Below, piece by piece: positions 28,286-38,093 of a stretch of DNA of 64,000 nt; the stretch's first letter is position 1; each line of letters starts with the position of its first letter. Source of the DNA: a bacterium (lineage in GTDB: Bacteria > Patescibacteriota > CPR2 > UBA1875 > CAIMLA01); NCBI GenBank assembly GCA_037129835.1, contig JBAXUE010000002.1, positions 66,334-130,333 on the forward strand. Reading direction: 5' to 3'. A program made the translations under genes and the position numbers. The notes under the pieces are model-generated. The model was not told the origin of the DNA, ran no database searches, and saw nothing but the letters and a program-made list of their open reading frames with translations.

Positions 28286-29449
28286 CTATTTATTTCCCTT
28301 GGCACGGTTATGTGTTTTACAAAGCATCTCACAGTTATTGATATCTGTGGCGCCACCTTTACTCCATGCTGTAACATGGTCAGCATCCATTTCGGTAAGA
28401 CTCCAGATTTTTGTCTTGTTGGCGTCGTGACCGATTACGCAATTCGGACAATTTGAAATGCCTTTAGATTTAGCGGTCGTAGTTTGTGACGAATATACCG
28501 CTTTTTTAGTTGCCTCATCAAAAACACGAACTTCAAGTAGTTTCTTTTCATTAGACCCACCTAGAATATATTCAAATATTCCCTTTCGATTTTTTATGTA
28601 TGGGTCTCCATAAAGCTTTTGTACGGCCAATGACACTTTTGCAGGATCATAGGCTTTTGTATGAAATTTTTTATAAAGTCGACCCCAATCCAGGCCTCGC
28701 ATTTCACTTTCAACATCTATAAATACACCAGAAACCCATTCTATTACGCTTTTAAAATATGCTTTTAACTCAGTGATATTGTTATCAAAGCGGTGACGAC
28801 TCATATATTCGCCGTTATTACCACAACTAATCCAGTCTAAGGCTCTCTCTAGAAATTCCTGTCTGTTGGCACTGCCAGTTACATAAGCACTCCATTTTTG
28901 AATGTTGGCATTTTGACTATTACTGAATTCCTCTTTACCAAGTGTGACAAATGGACCAGAATAAACCGCATTTAATAGTTCTTGATTATTTAGCGGTACA
29001 CCGGCAATGTTTATGGTTTTGAACCACTCTTTTATTTCACTTTCTTCGCCCTCGCATTCGTATATAAGAAGCTCAGCGTTCATGATTTTAGCCTGCTTAT
29101 CTGAAGCAATTCCACTGAAGTATTGTTCCATGCCGTTTTCGTCTTTTATGGCAAATTTGTTATAAACGAATCGTCCGATACTAGTGATACGTTGTTGTCC
29201 GTCCAATACTTCTAAGTTGTCAGTGCTCACTTTGTTAAAATATATTAAGCCCAGCGGATAGTCTTTGAGTAATGAGTCAATGACCGCGACGTCTTTTTTA
29301 CCATCAGCATAGATGTAGTTACGTTGATACTCTGGCTGAATAGTGAGCTTGCCAGAGAGTCCGAACAAACCCTTGCCTTCATGCTGGTTATACACAAATC
29401 CTTCACATATATTTCTTACGGTTATGTTAGTTACTAAAGTAGTTTTCAT
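28286..29449 (-). CDS. Second DUF262 + HNH (GmrSD-like) protein, paralog of upstream gene
   Basis: [14 protein letters not shown] (DUF262). The C-terminus CPNC…[25 protein letters not shown] is an HNH motif. Confidence 0.75.
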   Translation of the reverse strand: MKTTLVTNITVRNICEGFVYNQHEGKGLFGLSGKLTIQPEYQRNYIYADGKKDVAVIDSLLKDYPLGLIYFNKVSTDNLEVLDGQQRITSIGRFVYNKFAIKDENGMEQYFSGIASDKQAKIMNAELLIYECEGEESEIKEWFKTINIAGVPLNNQELLNAVYSGPFVTLGKEEFSNSQNANIQKWSAYVTGSANRQEFLERALDWISCGNNGEYMSRHRFDNNITELKAYFKSVIEWVSGVFIDVESEMRGLDWGRLYKKFHTKAYDPAKVSLAVQKLYGDPYIKNRKGIFEYILGGSNEKKLLEVRVFDEATKKAVYSSQTTTAKSKGISNCPNCVIGHDANKTKIWSLTEMDADHVTAWSKGGATDINNCEMLCKTHNRAKGNK

Positions 29450-30648
29450 GCTATACCTTTCTTGTGTTTGATTAAAATCCTAGCGAATGGAACCACAACA
29501 GTTTCATCTTTTATCATATATAAATCACCGTTCACCGTTCCTCTTTTTTGCACTTCTTTCCGATACTTTTTATGCTCAGGTTTATACGGTTTGACTCCGA
29601 TGGATAAGCCCAGGTTTGCTATTCCCAAACCAATAATATCAAATTGTTCAGGAGAATATTTGTCAAGGAAACTAATTGGCACGCCCATAATACCCTTAAA
29701 GTCTCCAGGAATATGTTTAACGAAAGGAACTTCTATTGCATTAAAATTATCATAATTATCAAAAGATCTTTTAGTGCCAAATTTTATAACGTCTGACAAT
29801 TTCATTAATGGTAAGAATTCGTGAAGCCTTCCGTGGTCAAGATTAGTAAACCAGCGAACACCTTGGACTCTCGTGATGTAAACTTTCTTACCATTTTCAT
29901 CCGTCCGTATTTCGCGTACTTGCTCTAGATTGGCAATATCTTCTGGTATTTCATAAAACATTGCTCCACCATTCACTTTATGATTATTGCCAAGCCAAAT
30001 CTTGTTATCCTTAATTAATGGAAAGACTTCTTTATAAGTAATAGCGTTCATACTACCAATTATTAAGAACTTTTTTTTGTACTCAATAAGTTGTTTTAAG
30101 TACTCGCGGAACAAACTGAAAGGCGGGTTAGTTACCACTATATCAGCCTGCTTTAGTAGCTCAACACACTCGTTGCTCCGAAAATCTCCGGCTGCGTATT
30201 TATCATCGCCAAGTAAAAGCGAATAAGCATTATTGTCATGTTCTAAAAGCCATTTCACATCATTAAGGTTGGTTATGCCATCTTTATTAAGGTCTGAAAC
30301 CTCATTGATCTCAATTTTAAATGCTTTTTTATTTTTTCGATTAGAAAGTGTCTTATTTTTACCCATTTCTTCGAAACCCGGTATTTGTATCTGTGTTTGT
30401 ACAATCGGCGAACCAACGTAGCTTGTCGTTATCAACTTTTTTAAGCCAAATTCCTTAAATTTATTTGCAAAATACTTGAAGAAATTACTTTCAAATGGGT
30501 CATCGCAGTTGCAATAGACTATCTTGCCGCGAAAAACATCAGGATCGTAATCAATGTAGGCTTGGATTTCCTTCTGAATATCTTGATATTGAGTATAAAA
30601 CTCGTCGTTTTTAGTCTTTTTTGCGTTATGTAAATTTTTTTGTGCCAT
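29446..30648 (-). CDS. N6-adenine DNA methyltransferase of the M.EcoRI family
   Basis: The N-terminus …[19 protein letters not shown]…[18 protein letters not shown] and the catalytic [15 protein letters not shown] closely resemble M.EcoRI as I remember it. Its stop overlaps the downstream DUF262 gene start (ATGA). Confidence 0.8.
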   Translation of the reverse strand: MAQKNLHNAKKTKNDEFYTQYQDIQKEIQAYIDYDPDVFRGKIVYCNCDDPFESNFFKYFANKFKEFGLKKLITTSYVGSPIVQTQIQIPGFEEMGKNKTLSNRKNKKAFKIEINEVSDLNKDGITNLNDVKWLLEHDNNAYSLLLGDDKYAAGDFRSNECVELLKQADIVVTNPPFSLFREYLKQLIEYKKKFLIIGSMNAITYKEVFPLIKDNKIWLGNNHKVNGGAMFYEIPEDIANLEQVREIRTDENGKKVYITRVQGVRWFTNLDHGRLHEFLPLMKLSDVIKFGTKRSFDNYDNFNAIEVPFVKHIPGDFKGIMGVPISFLDKYSPEQFDIIGLGIANLGLSIGVKPYKPEHKKYRKEVQKRGTVNGDLYMIKDETVVVPFARILIKHKKGIA

Positions 30649-30660
30649 TTAAAACCTTAT

Positions 30661-31128
30661 TTATTTTTCAAAGCAAATTGGATTAAATATCTTTTCAGGA
30701 AAATCGTTATCTCCAATTTTATATTTTAATTCACCGTTTGTTCCATGTACTGAATATTTTTCTCGATTGCGCTTTGACACAGAAATTGATTTGACTCCGG
30801 ACTGGCTAGGCCTTAACAACCTCTCAATTTCGTCATAGTTTAAGCAACAAACTCCTGCATCGTAACATACAAGTAGGACAAAAACCTTCTCAAACTTTGA
30901 TTTTAGCTCTAATAGTTTTTCGAGATGATTCTCCGAAAATGTAAAGCTCCAGGGGATTAACCGACTCTCAGTATATTTAACATATAAGCCACTTTCTCTG
31001 AGCTGAGAGAGAATCTTAAAACTAGAATTGTCATCATCAACATAATCACTAACACCAAGACATCTTTGGTCTTGAATTATTTTTAGTAAAGCTGCCCCGT
31101 AATATAGTTGATATTTAAAATTTGCCAT
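30661..31128 (-). CDS. Hypothetical 155-aa protein between Z1 NTPase and methyltransferase (candidate effector/specificity partner)
   Basis: 7-nt gap to the Z1 gene and 13-nt gap to the MTase gene. No confident motif; there is a possible acidic cluster after a beta-strand (VFVLLVCYDAG…NYDEIE). Confidence 0.4.
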   Translation of the reverse strand: MANFKYQLYYGAALLKIIQDQRCLGVSDYVDDDNSSFKILSQLRESGLYVKYTESRLIPWSFTFSENHLEKLLELKSKFEKVFVLLVCYDAGVCCLNYDEIERLLRPSQSGVKSISVSKRNREKYSVHGTNGELKYKIGDNDFPEKIFNPICFEK

Positions 31129-31134
31129 AATAAT

Positions 31135-33018
31135 TTATCTTAGCCTATAGTTTGCCTTTTTAAGGCTATCTTTAAAATAGTAAACAAATCTACACTTTCC
31201 TGCCTCGTTTCTGATCAACATAATATGGTGCTTTGCATTGGGAAAAGCGACCATTTCTGTACCACCAAAAACACCCCTACTTCTGTATAAAAAGTCCTTA
31301 TATTCAAGGTCATCTGTTTTTGAAACCATTCTTATTGGATGGAATGCTATGTCCTTGTCTGCAGTCATTCCACTGTATACAATAAAATTAATTAGAAATA
31401 GAGGCACCACACTGCCACCGTAAAGCCGGTTAACTTCTTTTAGCTTTTGGATATTACTTATTCCTTTTTTACTAATAATATCTGAAAAAATGCTAGCGTA
31501 ATCAAACATAGGAAAATACATTTCGTTTTTGTCAGTTAATATATTCTTCTTGTCGATACTAGAACTAGAGGCGGGCTTAACTCTTTGGCTTGAAATCCAA
31601 ACTGGTGCTGCACCCTCGTCATTGCTTTTTAATGATTTTAAAGATAAATCATGAAAAATAAAACAACGGTGCCAGTCCTCGAAAAGTGATTTTGGTATTG
31701 AGAGTTCAAAGAAGTCTTTGTATTTGCCTCTACTGCCGAACATTCTAGCTCTTTGGATATAAGTGTCTTGTTGAATCCTGTGTTTAGCAGTTCGTGTGAA
31801 GAACATGCCCAAAAGATTCTTTATTGTTAAGCCCCGGGAAATTATATTTCCACCAATTATTATTGTAAAAAGAGCTGGTGCATTAGTTGGGTCTTCTTCC
31901 ATTTTATTATTTGAGTTAATAACATAAACTTTTTTCTTATTAACATAATCTTTGACAAATGTTGTCACTTCTTTTGCTGCTATATCACCAAATCTTTCTT
32001 CTGCAATACTGTGTATTATTCCAAGGTAACGTTCCCATTTGGGACCCTTATTTGTATCTGCCAGTGCGTCAAAAAAATTATCTACAATTTTTTTATCTCT
32101 TTCGTGTTCACTTTTAATGCCACTTGTATGAATAATAAAAGCAAAATTAACATCATCATTATTCGCATTTTGTTCTACGAGCTTTTCCTTGTACTCGGGA
32201 TTTATATTTAAATAAGAAGCATTAACTAAAAAGCTTGCTAAAGCTTCATGTAAATATGATGGGTCATCTCCATTCTCAGGAAGTATATTCACCATGTATT
32301 CAACTTCGGTTATTTTTTCTAGATTAATTGGAAAAAAAAAGTCTTTGCCTACATAATTTTTATGAGAATCAAAAAATACCCATTCTTCAGATAAATTATC
32401 AAAAGTATTGTTAAGATCTAGTCGTGCTGGAGTGGCTGTTACCCCAACGTAGGTGCCGTCTCTTCGAAGTAATTTGCCGATTTCGTTATTAATTGCCGTT
32501 ACTTCATCTTTATTTATTTTAGAATTTGGGCTGGCATAATCAGCCTCGTCATCAATTATTATTAAACCACTTCTATTTCTTAGTTTTTCGTTTAAATTTG
32601 TTAAATTGCGGATATTTTTCTTTGAAAAAATTATAACCTGCCCATCATTTAAGTCTTCTTCAAGAAAAGCCCTGCTAGACATGGTATCTGGTGTAGGGTC
32701 GATACCTGAACTAGTAAATCTTTCGAGATTTTGAAGTTCAAGCTTTTTATTGTCATTCATGAGAATAACAATAGTGTTGTTGCCAATATCAAGTAATTTT
32801 GCTGTAAGCGATATCATCATTTCGGTTTTGCCACTTTGTGGCTCACCGTAAATCACAAATGATGTTATACCCTTTTGAATTTTTTCTACTGAATCTGAAA
32901 CAGCGTTTTCAATTTGAAAAGTATCAATACCCTTTTTATCTCTAAGGAAATTAATTCTTTTCTCATATCGGCTGTTTCTTCTATTTTCTGAGTCTCTATA
33001 ATCATCTGGATTAAACAT
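31135..33018 (-). CDS. Z1-domain P-loop NTPase (restriction-modification-associated ATPase family)
   Basis: Walker A GEPQSGKTEMM and a Walker B/DEAD-like LIIIDDEADYAS, the pattern I recall for Z1-domain proteins (…QSGKT…DEADxAS). Confidence 0.55.
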   Translation of the reverse strand: MFNPDDYRDSENRRNSRYEKRINFLRDKKGIDTFQIENAVSDSVEKIQKGITSFVIYGEPQSGKTEMMISLTAKLLDIGNNTIVILMNDNKKLELQNLERFTSSGIDPTPDTMSSRAFLEEDLNDGQVIIFSKKNIRNLTNLNEKLRNRSGLIIIDDEADYASPNSKINKDEVTAINNEIGKLLRRDGTYVGVTATPARLDLNNTFDNLSEEWVFFDSHKNYVGKDFFFPINLEKITEVEYMVNILPENGDDPSYLHEALASFLVNASYLNINPEYKEKLVEQNANNDDVNFAFIIHTSGIKSEHERDKKIVDNFFDALADTNKGPKWERYLGIIHSIAEERFGDIAAKEVTTFVKDYVNKKKVYVINSNNKMEEDPTNAPALFTIIIGGNIISRGLTIKNLLGMFFTRTAKHRIQQDTYIQRARMFGSRGKYKDFFELSIPKSLFEDWHRCFIFHDLSLKSLKSNDEGAAPVWISSQRVKPASSSSIDKKNILTDKNEMYFPMFDYASIFSDIISKKGISNIQKLKEVNRLYGGSVVPLFLINFIVYSGMTADKDIAFHPIRMVSKTDDLEYKDFLYRSRGVFGGTEMVAFPNAKHHIMLIRNEAGKCRFVYYFKDSLKKANYRLR

Positions 33019-33241
33019 AGCTCTCCAAATTTAATATATATTATATTCTACTCTCCTTTTGTGCTTATCGCAAGCATAAATTCGGTTTGACGGCTCTAGG
33101 CATCGGATATTGACAACTAAAATACGCGGAGTATAATTATTCATGAAGAGAGCAGTAATGCCTATGTAACGCCGAGTGGAGGCACCTCGATAGAGGGCCC
33201 GTGAAGCGAGGAGCACGAGTATATAGGTCACCTCTTCTTTT

Positions 33242-33877
33242 TTATAGCTTATTTTCTAAATATATTAAATTAACTTTTTTACCTAGTTTAGTCAGAGTTT
33301 TTTTATTTCCATACAGGTGACTATGAATAATTCCACATATCTGATCTGCTATTTGTAGATTTGCTTCTTCTGACGTGCCAAAATCAATACGAAAGTCCGA
33401 CTCTGGGTACTCTAGTTTTAGTTCGGTCTCGATAGTTCTTGATAAACCTTCTTTATTAATTAATTTTGTTTTAAAACTATCTAAAGTCACTATAGTCACC
33501 TTTTCACGTTTAAATGTTTTGCTAGATTCAAGCAAAACCTTCTTTACAAGGTTGATGTACAACCTGTCATAGACAAGCTTACTTTTGTAATAATATTTCT
33601 GAGACAGCAGATTCTTGCTCTGAGAAGCAGCGAATACTGTAATCTCAGGTGCTGGACACTCAGGACTAAAGATATATGGCAATATATACAAGTCTGATAA
33701 AGCATTTGAGCTCTTTATTTCACCTTTCGGATAACTGGCAGGTAGTGCCTTCCTCTTAACCTTCTTATACCATTTCGCCGTCTCACCCGGATTTGCAGTG
33801 CTAAAACCGGCCACAGCCATAAACTGATTTTTTGTGCCCTTTTCTAAGTTAAAAGTTTCGTCGATATAGATAAACAT
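33242..33877 (-). CDS. DUF3800-like protein
   Basis: MFIYIDETFN… start, typical of DUF3800 (…YIDESG…). About 210 aa. Confidence 0.45.
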   Translation of the reverse strand: MFIYIDETFNLEKGTKNQFMAVAGFSTANPGETAKWYKKVKRKALPASYPKGEIKSSNALSDLYILPYIFSPECPAPEITVFAASQSKNLLSQKYYYKSKLVYDRLYINLVKKVLLESSKTFKREKVTIVTLDSFKTKLINKEGLSRTIETELKLEYPESDFRIDFGTSEEANLQIADQICGIIHSHLYGNKKTLTKLGKKVNLIYLENKL

Positions 33878-33941
33878 ACTTATATTTTACCCTTGCCATA
33901 GGATAAAACTAGTAGACAAGTTGAAACAGCACGCTAGCCTA

Positions 33942-34661
33942 CTATTTCAAATCACGTAATTCCTCTATCACTCCGACTTTATTAAGAATGGGTATCATTT
34001 CGGAGCTACCTTCATAATTACTATAGTAGAAAGTTCCACCGATTTCGTACCATCTTTTAAATGGTTTCCCTTTCTCTGGAGTGAACAAAAAATGTGTCCA
34101 AAGTCTGTAGTCTAGCATGTCGATGTGATTTGTCTCGACATGTAGAAATGAGTGCGGCTTCAACACGCCTAGTGAGTTCTCTGCTATCCCCATCGGTGCT
34201 GGCGGGTCATCATCTTGAGGTATATTACCCCCTACAATATCCTCGACACTGGTATAGTGATTACTTGAATCATTTATAATATAGGCGTCATAGAAGCCAG
34301 ACTCTTTTTCGTCAAAGACGATTGCAATGTAGAGTCCCTTGTTATGTTTTCTGATTTTGTCCCACTCTTTCTGTTCTTCTATCTCTGGACATATCATCTT
34401 GGCACTGCATTTAGGGCATGGATGACTAGCTGGCCAGATGTGATACTTTTCGTCATGACAATATGGGCATAGATTCACTAGAGACTGAAAGTATTTCTCT
34501 GGATCCCACGGCACATCCCAAGCCTTGGTAGTGACTTCTACTAATATCTTTCTTCTATCACAGACACAAGTCCGCGTTTCCTGATCGGCACAGCGGCCAA
34601 AACCAGCAATAGTCTTTTTTTGATAATTACACTTTGTGCATTTGTATAACTTGTGTGTCAT
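33942..34661 (-). CDS. Hypothetical Cys-rich protein with multiple Zn-ribbon-like CxxC pairs
   Basis: Start re-assigned to MTHKLYKCTKC, because the longer ORF prefix consists of repeat hairpins. CxxC…CxC…CPYC…CPKC pattern. Confidence 0.45.
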   Translation of the reverse strand: MTHKLYKCTKCNYQKKTIAGFGRCADQETRTCVCDRRKILVEVTTKAWDVPWDPEKYFQSLVNLCPYCHDEKYHIWPASHPCPKCSAKMICPEIEEQKEWDKIRKHNKGLYIAIVFDEKESGFYDAYIINDSSNHYTSVEDIVGGNIPQDDDPPAPMGIAENSLGVLKPHSFLHVETNHIDMLDYRLWTHFLFTPEKGKPFKRWYEIGGTFYYSNYEGSSEMIPILNKVGVIEELRDLK

Positions 34662-34688
34662 ATTTGCAATATACGCTCGTTTTGTGCC

Positions 34689-34792
34689 TGGGGCAAGACC
34701 CAGGAGGTCATCCTTACGAAAGTAAGGATGACCTCCGGAGGGTAAGAAAGAGATCCCTGGGTTTGTGACCAGGGATGACAACGGGTGTTCCC
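34689..34792. repeat. Cluster of three GC-rich hairpin repeats (GTCATCC family), BIME-like
   Basis: CCTGGGgcaagaCCCAGG; GTCATCCTTACgaaagTAAGGATGAC (a perfect 10-bp stem); GAGATCCCTGGGTTTGTGACCAGGGATGACA. Confidence 0.6.
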
Positions 34793-34976
34793 ACGAAAAA
34801 TAACTCAGTCCGCAGACCGACACTTTGAGAAATATGTATGCTGTAGCTCGGCTACTAAAAGTATTTTTAAAAGAGAGTTGTTATTTTTCTTGAACTTAAC
34901 TCCATTTTCTTTCAAGAGAAAATGGATAATAAATAATTAATAAATTTTTAGTTAGAATAAATTGGTATATTGCGAA

Positions 34977-35546
34977 TTAATGTCCGCCGTAGACAGTGAA
35001 GCCTTTTTGTTTTAGCTCTTCGGCGAGCTTTATCTCGGCCTTTTTTGCTTCTTCTCTATTTTCTATCTTTCCTATCTTGCCGTAGAGGTCTGGGCGGAGC
35101 TTTGGATTGTCTGCCTTTCGGACCTTTACTGATGAGTTCAGCCCTGCCATGTGTTGCTCCAGTCGTATTTCTGGATCATAGATACTTTGCCCGATATATA
35201 TTTTCTTCTCGTTGTTATCTAGTTCGATAGCATATACTTGCCAAAAATCATTCTGGACCATGGGTCCAGCGATAACCATATATTTTTTTGCTTCGAGAGC
35301 GACGATAACCGCTTTTGCGGCCTCTATCGCCTCTTCGGCAGTATCATACTCTGGTAATTCTTTTGTCCATTTGGTCAGATTAGCGGGGTGACGTTCTTTG
35401 CGAACGCTAGTCACAAACTTTTCAAAGGCTTGCTGGTGATTGCTCGTGCCATATCCGACAAATACTTTTTTCTTACCTTGGTCTATTTCAAATACGTTTA
35501 CTATGTATTTATTATCTTCCATTTTTTTGGTCTCCTGTAGCGTCAT
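34977..35546 (-). CDS. Protein with C-terminal GIY-YIG nuclease-like domain
   Basis: KIYIGQSIYDPEIRLEQH…N fits GIY-YIG (YIG…R..EH). The N-terminal ~110 aa are unassigned. Confidence 0.5.
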   Translation of the reverse strand: MTLQETKKMEDNKYIVNVFEIDQGKKKVFVGYGTSNHQQAFEKFVTSVRKERHPANLTKWTKELPEYDTAEEAIEAAKAVIVALEAKKYMVIAGPMVQNDFWQVYAIELDNNEKKIYIGQSIYDPEIRLEQHMAGLNSSVKVRKADNPKLRPDLYGKIGKIENREEAKKAEIKLAEELKQKGFTVYGGH

Positions 35547-35577
35547 TTTACTCCTATTTTGTGCTTAGAGCAAGGGA

Positions 35578-36651
35578 TTATTTATCCCAAACGCAGCTAC
35601 TCCCAAAGTGTCCGTGCTTTGCGGTTTCTAGATACATTGGCTTTTTTAGTTTTAGAAAACTGATGATTCCCCGAGGGGTCAAGTCGTACTCGTTCGATCC
35701 CAGTAGGTTTACCTCGGTTCTGTTATCAATAATAGCGATGGCCATCACCGGCTCTGCGACACCGATACTATAAGCAAGCTTCACGAGCACTTCATGGGCA
35801 TTTTCTTTGCGGAGATAGTCTACGGCGATACGGCGCGCCATATAGGCAGCGCTTCTGTCTACCTTCGTGGCGTCTTTGCCACTAAAACAGCCACCTCCTA
35901 TGGGAATCTGAGGACCGTAATTGTCTACTGCTAGCTTGCGACCGGTGAGACCAGTGTCGGCGGTAAAGCCTCCTACTACAAATTCCCCTGTCGGGTTAAT
36001 GTGAATATGTTTTGGTTCAAGTGTTTCCGCTAATATTCTCAGGGGTGTAAAGTCTGCGCCTTCAAGATGCTGGGCACTGATGACTACTGTGTCTACTTTA
36101 CCATTTTCACCCAACGTTACTTGACTTTTCGCATCTGGACCGAAACCTTTCGGTAAATTCTTCATCAGTTGTCTGGCTAAATATAGCTCCTGCGGGATCA
36201 TTTCTTCGTTTTCATCGCAGGCATATCCGACCATGATTCCTTGGTCCCCCGCCCCACCAGTATCTACTCCTTGGGCGATTTCTGGGCTTTGATGAACGAT
36301 ATTTATGTGTATCTCGAGTTCGTCAGAATATCCGATTTCTGAATAAATATTTTGTACAATATTTTTGACGTCTACTTTTGCACATGATGTCACTTCTCCG
36401 GTGATATATATGTGCCCATGACCTCCCATCGTCTCTATCGCTACCCTACTTTCTGGGTCTTGTCTTAGATATTCGTCTAGTAATCCGTCGGATATTTGGT
36501 CGCAGACTTTATCGGGGTGTCCAGGGCTGACGCACTCGGCTGTCCGTATCCCCTTCTTGCTATAATATTCTACTTTTTCTTTTCGCGAGTTTATCGCCGT
36601 CATCGCTTCTTTCACTACTTCCTCCTTTGTCTTACCATGGGTATCGATCAT
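35578..36651 (-). CDS. metK: S-adenosylmethionine synthetase
   Basis: GHPDKVCDQISD signature, GGGCFSGKDATKVDRSAAYMARRIA, and a C-terminal MetK domain. Confidence 0.9.
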   Translation of the reverse strand: MIDTHGKTKEEVVKEAMTAINSRKEKVEYYSKKGIRTAECVSPGHPDKVCDQISDGLLDEYLRQDPESRVAIETMGGHGHIYITGEVTSCAKVDVKNIVQNIYSEIGYSDELEIHINIVHQSPEIAQGVDTGGAGDQGIMVGYACDENEEMIPQELYLARQLMKNLPKGFGPDAKSQVTLGENGKVDTVVISAQHLEGADFTPLRILAETLEPKHIHINPTGEFVVGGFTADTGLTGRKLAVDNYGPQIPIGGGCFSGKDATKVDRSAAYMARRIAVDYLRKENAHEVLVKLAYSIGVAEPVMAIAIIDNRTEVNLLGSNEYDLTPRGIISFLKLKKPMYLETAKHGHFGSSCVWDK

Positions 36652-36668
36652 AAATAATAGTTCTTTTG

Positions 36669-36881
36669 TTATTTCTTCCTTCTTTCTTTTTCACATCTAT
36701 CAATATAATTAATAGTTACTTCTGCAATTGTTTCTGGTGTTTCATTTAGCACATCAGTCAGGTATCCTATCCCGAATCGAATTTCTTGTTTTTCTTTTTC
36801 TGTTAGATACATAAACATCCCTTTCTTTTCTTTCTTTTCTTTTGAAAAATCATTAGGTAGCCTCAGCTGCCCGACTATCAA
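36669..36881 (-). CDS. Small ORF in the metK leader (possible uORF/leader peptide; doubtful)
   Basis: 70-aa ORF ending 17 nt before metK. Basic C-terminus. It sits in a long structured leader. Confidence 0.2.
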   Translation of the reverse strand: MIVGQLRLPNDFSKEKKEKKGMFMYLTEKEKQEIRFGIGYLTDVLNETPETIAEVTINYIDRCEKERRKK

Positions 36882-37370
36882 CGATTGCCAGAAATTGCGT
36901 TAAACGAATTTCTTAATGAGTTGAAGGAGTCGATTTTCCTGAACCTGGCGCCACCTGCTTTCAAGAGGAGGTGGCAATTAATAAAATTAATCTGCCGTAA
37001 TCTATAACTATTTAACTACTTATTTTGATACCTTTGTCTTTCGTCACAAAGGTATCGCCAAAAGACTCTTTTCATGCGGACTCACTGCGGTTCACCGCAA
37101 TGTCTGATAATATTTTGTTTTCAGAAACATCGTTGTCATTGAATCAACTTTCATCAAGTTAGTTATTTACCAATCAAAAAATCTTTCCATTTGGAAAGAT
37201 AAGTTCGACCTTTGAGTTTTCACTCCTTATCGTTCCGCATTTGCGGCTAGCATTGGCACCCATTTGGTGTGGGTTGCCGGCAGGTACCGCCGTCGCGACG
37301 CTATGTCGGTCAGGCATCGGGCTAGTTCCCTATCTGCACTCTTGATATATTTGATTGTAGATATATTATA

Positions 37371-37940
37371 TCACATCTTTGATTTTCTCGTTTCGGTAAG
37401 TAGCCTTTCATATTCGTCTATTATATTGCTATCTAGTTTTGTTTTCAGCACTCTTAGTATTTCTTCGTGATACCAGAGTCTTTCTTCTGGAGTGGAGTTA
37501 AAGTTTTTTCCAGCTTCTTCGCCTACTAATTTCTTGTCGTCTAATAGGTTTCTCATATTATGAATTTTGTCTGCGGCACACACCATCAGAGACTCTACTC
37601 TGTCGTTTTCCAGATTCTCAATATAGGCATCTTTTCTGACTTTCCATGGCAGTTTCTCTTTGCCATCTGATTTCTTTTCAGTAACGCCCATAACTATCTC
37701 ACAGACATCTGGTCCAAAATCTCTGGTAAGCTCCTCCGGAGTGTATTCTGAGTCTTCTATCGTATCGTGAAGTAGCCCGGCTACTATGGTATTTTCGTCA
37801 TCGGTGTAGTTTGACAAGATAATAGCGACAGCAAAAGGATGAATGATATATGGAATGGCTACGTCTGATTTTCTTAGTTGATCTCGGTGGCAGACTGCTG
37901 CTACCTTTAGGGCTTTTTCGATCTTTGGTGTATATTTCAT
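37371..37940 (-). CDS. HD-domain hydrolase of the RelA/SpoT (p)ppGpp-hydrolase type (small alarmone hydrolase-like)
   Basis: HP…VA…LLHDTIEDSEYTPEEL…FGPDVCEIVMGVTE matches the RelA/SpoT HD (HD_4) pattern. Confidence 0.7.
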   Translation of the reverse strand: MKYTPKIEKALKVAAVCHRDQLRKSDVAIPYIIHPFAVAIILSNYTDDENTIVAGLLHDTIEDSEYTPEELTRDFGPDVCEIVMGVTEKKSDGKEKLPWKVRKDAYIENLENDRVESLMVCAADKIHNMRNLLDDKKLVGEEAGKNFNSTPEERLWYHEEILRVLKTKLDSNIIDEYERLLTETRKSKM

Positions 37941-38093
37941 ACAACCTCCATTTCTTTGTTAATGCATTTATAAACAAAAAGCGGTCAATAAACAAGGTAC
38001 AATCCTTGTAATAACCGCAATGGACGCTCCTCGGAGCCGCTGACCTATTACATGTTTATTATATCATTATGGGTTGAAAAATCAACTTTAGGA

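Noticed and set aside
30661-31128. 155-aa protein as the EcoRI-type restriction endonuclease partner of the M.EcoRI-like MTase
   Set aside because: Far smaller than R.EcoRI (about 277 aa) and lacking its recognisable motifs. It could still be a different small nuclease, so it is kept as unknown.
33031-33231. 66-aa ORF in GC-rich spacer of defense island
   Set aside because: Implausible composition, no SD, + strand in an all-minus region; more likely non-coding structured sequence.
33942-34823. Full 293-aa ORF as a single protein
   Set aside because: The N-terminal 54 codons are composed of the GC-rich hairpin repeat cluster; start moved to the internal Met (about 34661).
36882-37370. SAM-I riboswitch upstream of metK
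   Set aside because: I could not find the SAM-I core (GAGGGA…GCCC…AUGAARCC…GCAACC) on the - strand. Retained only as a possible novel element in findings.
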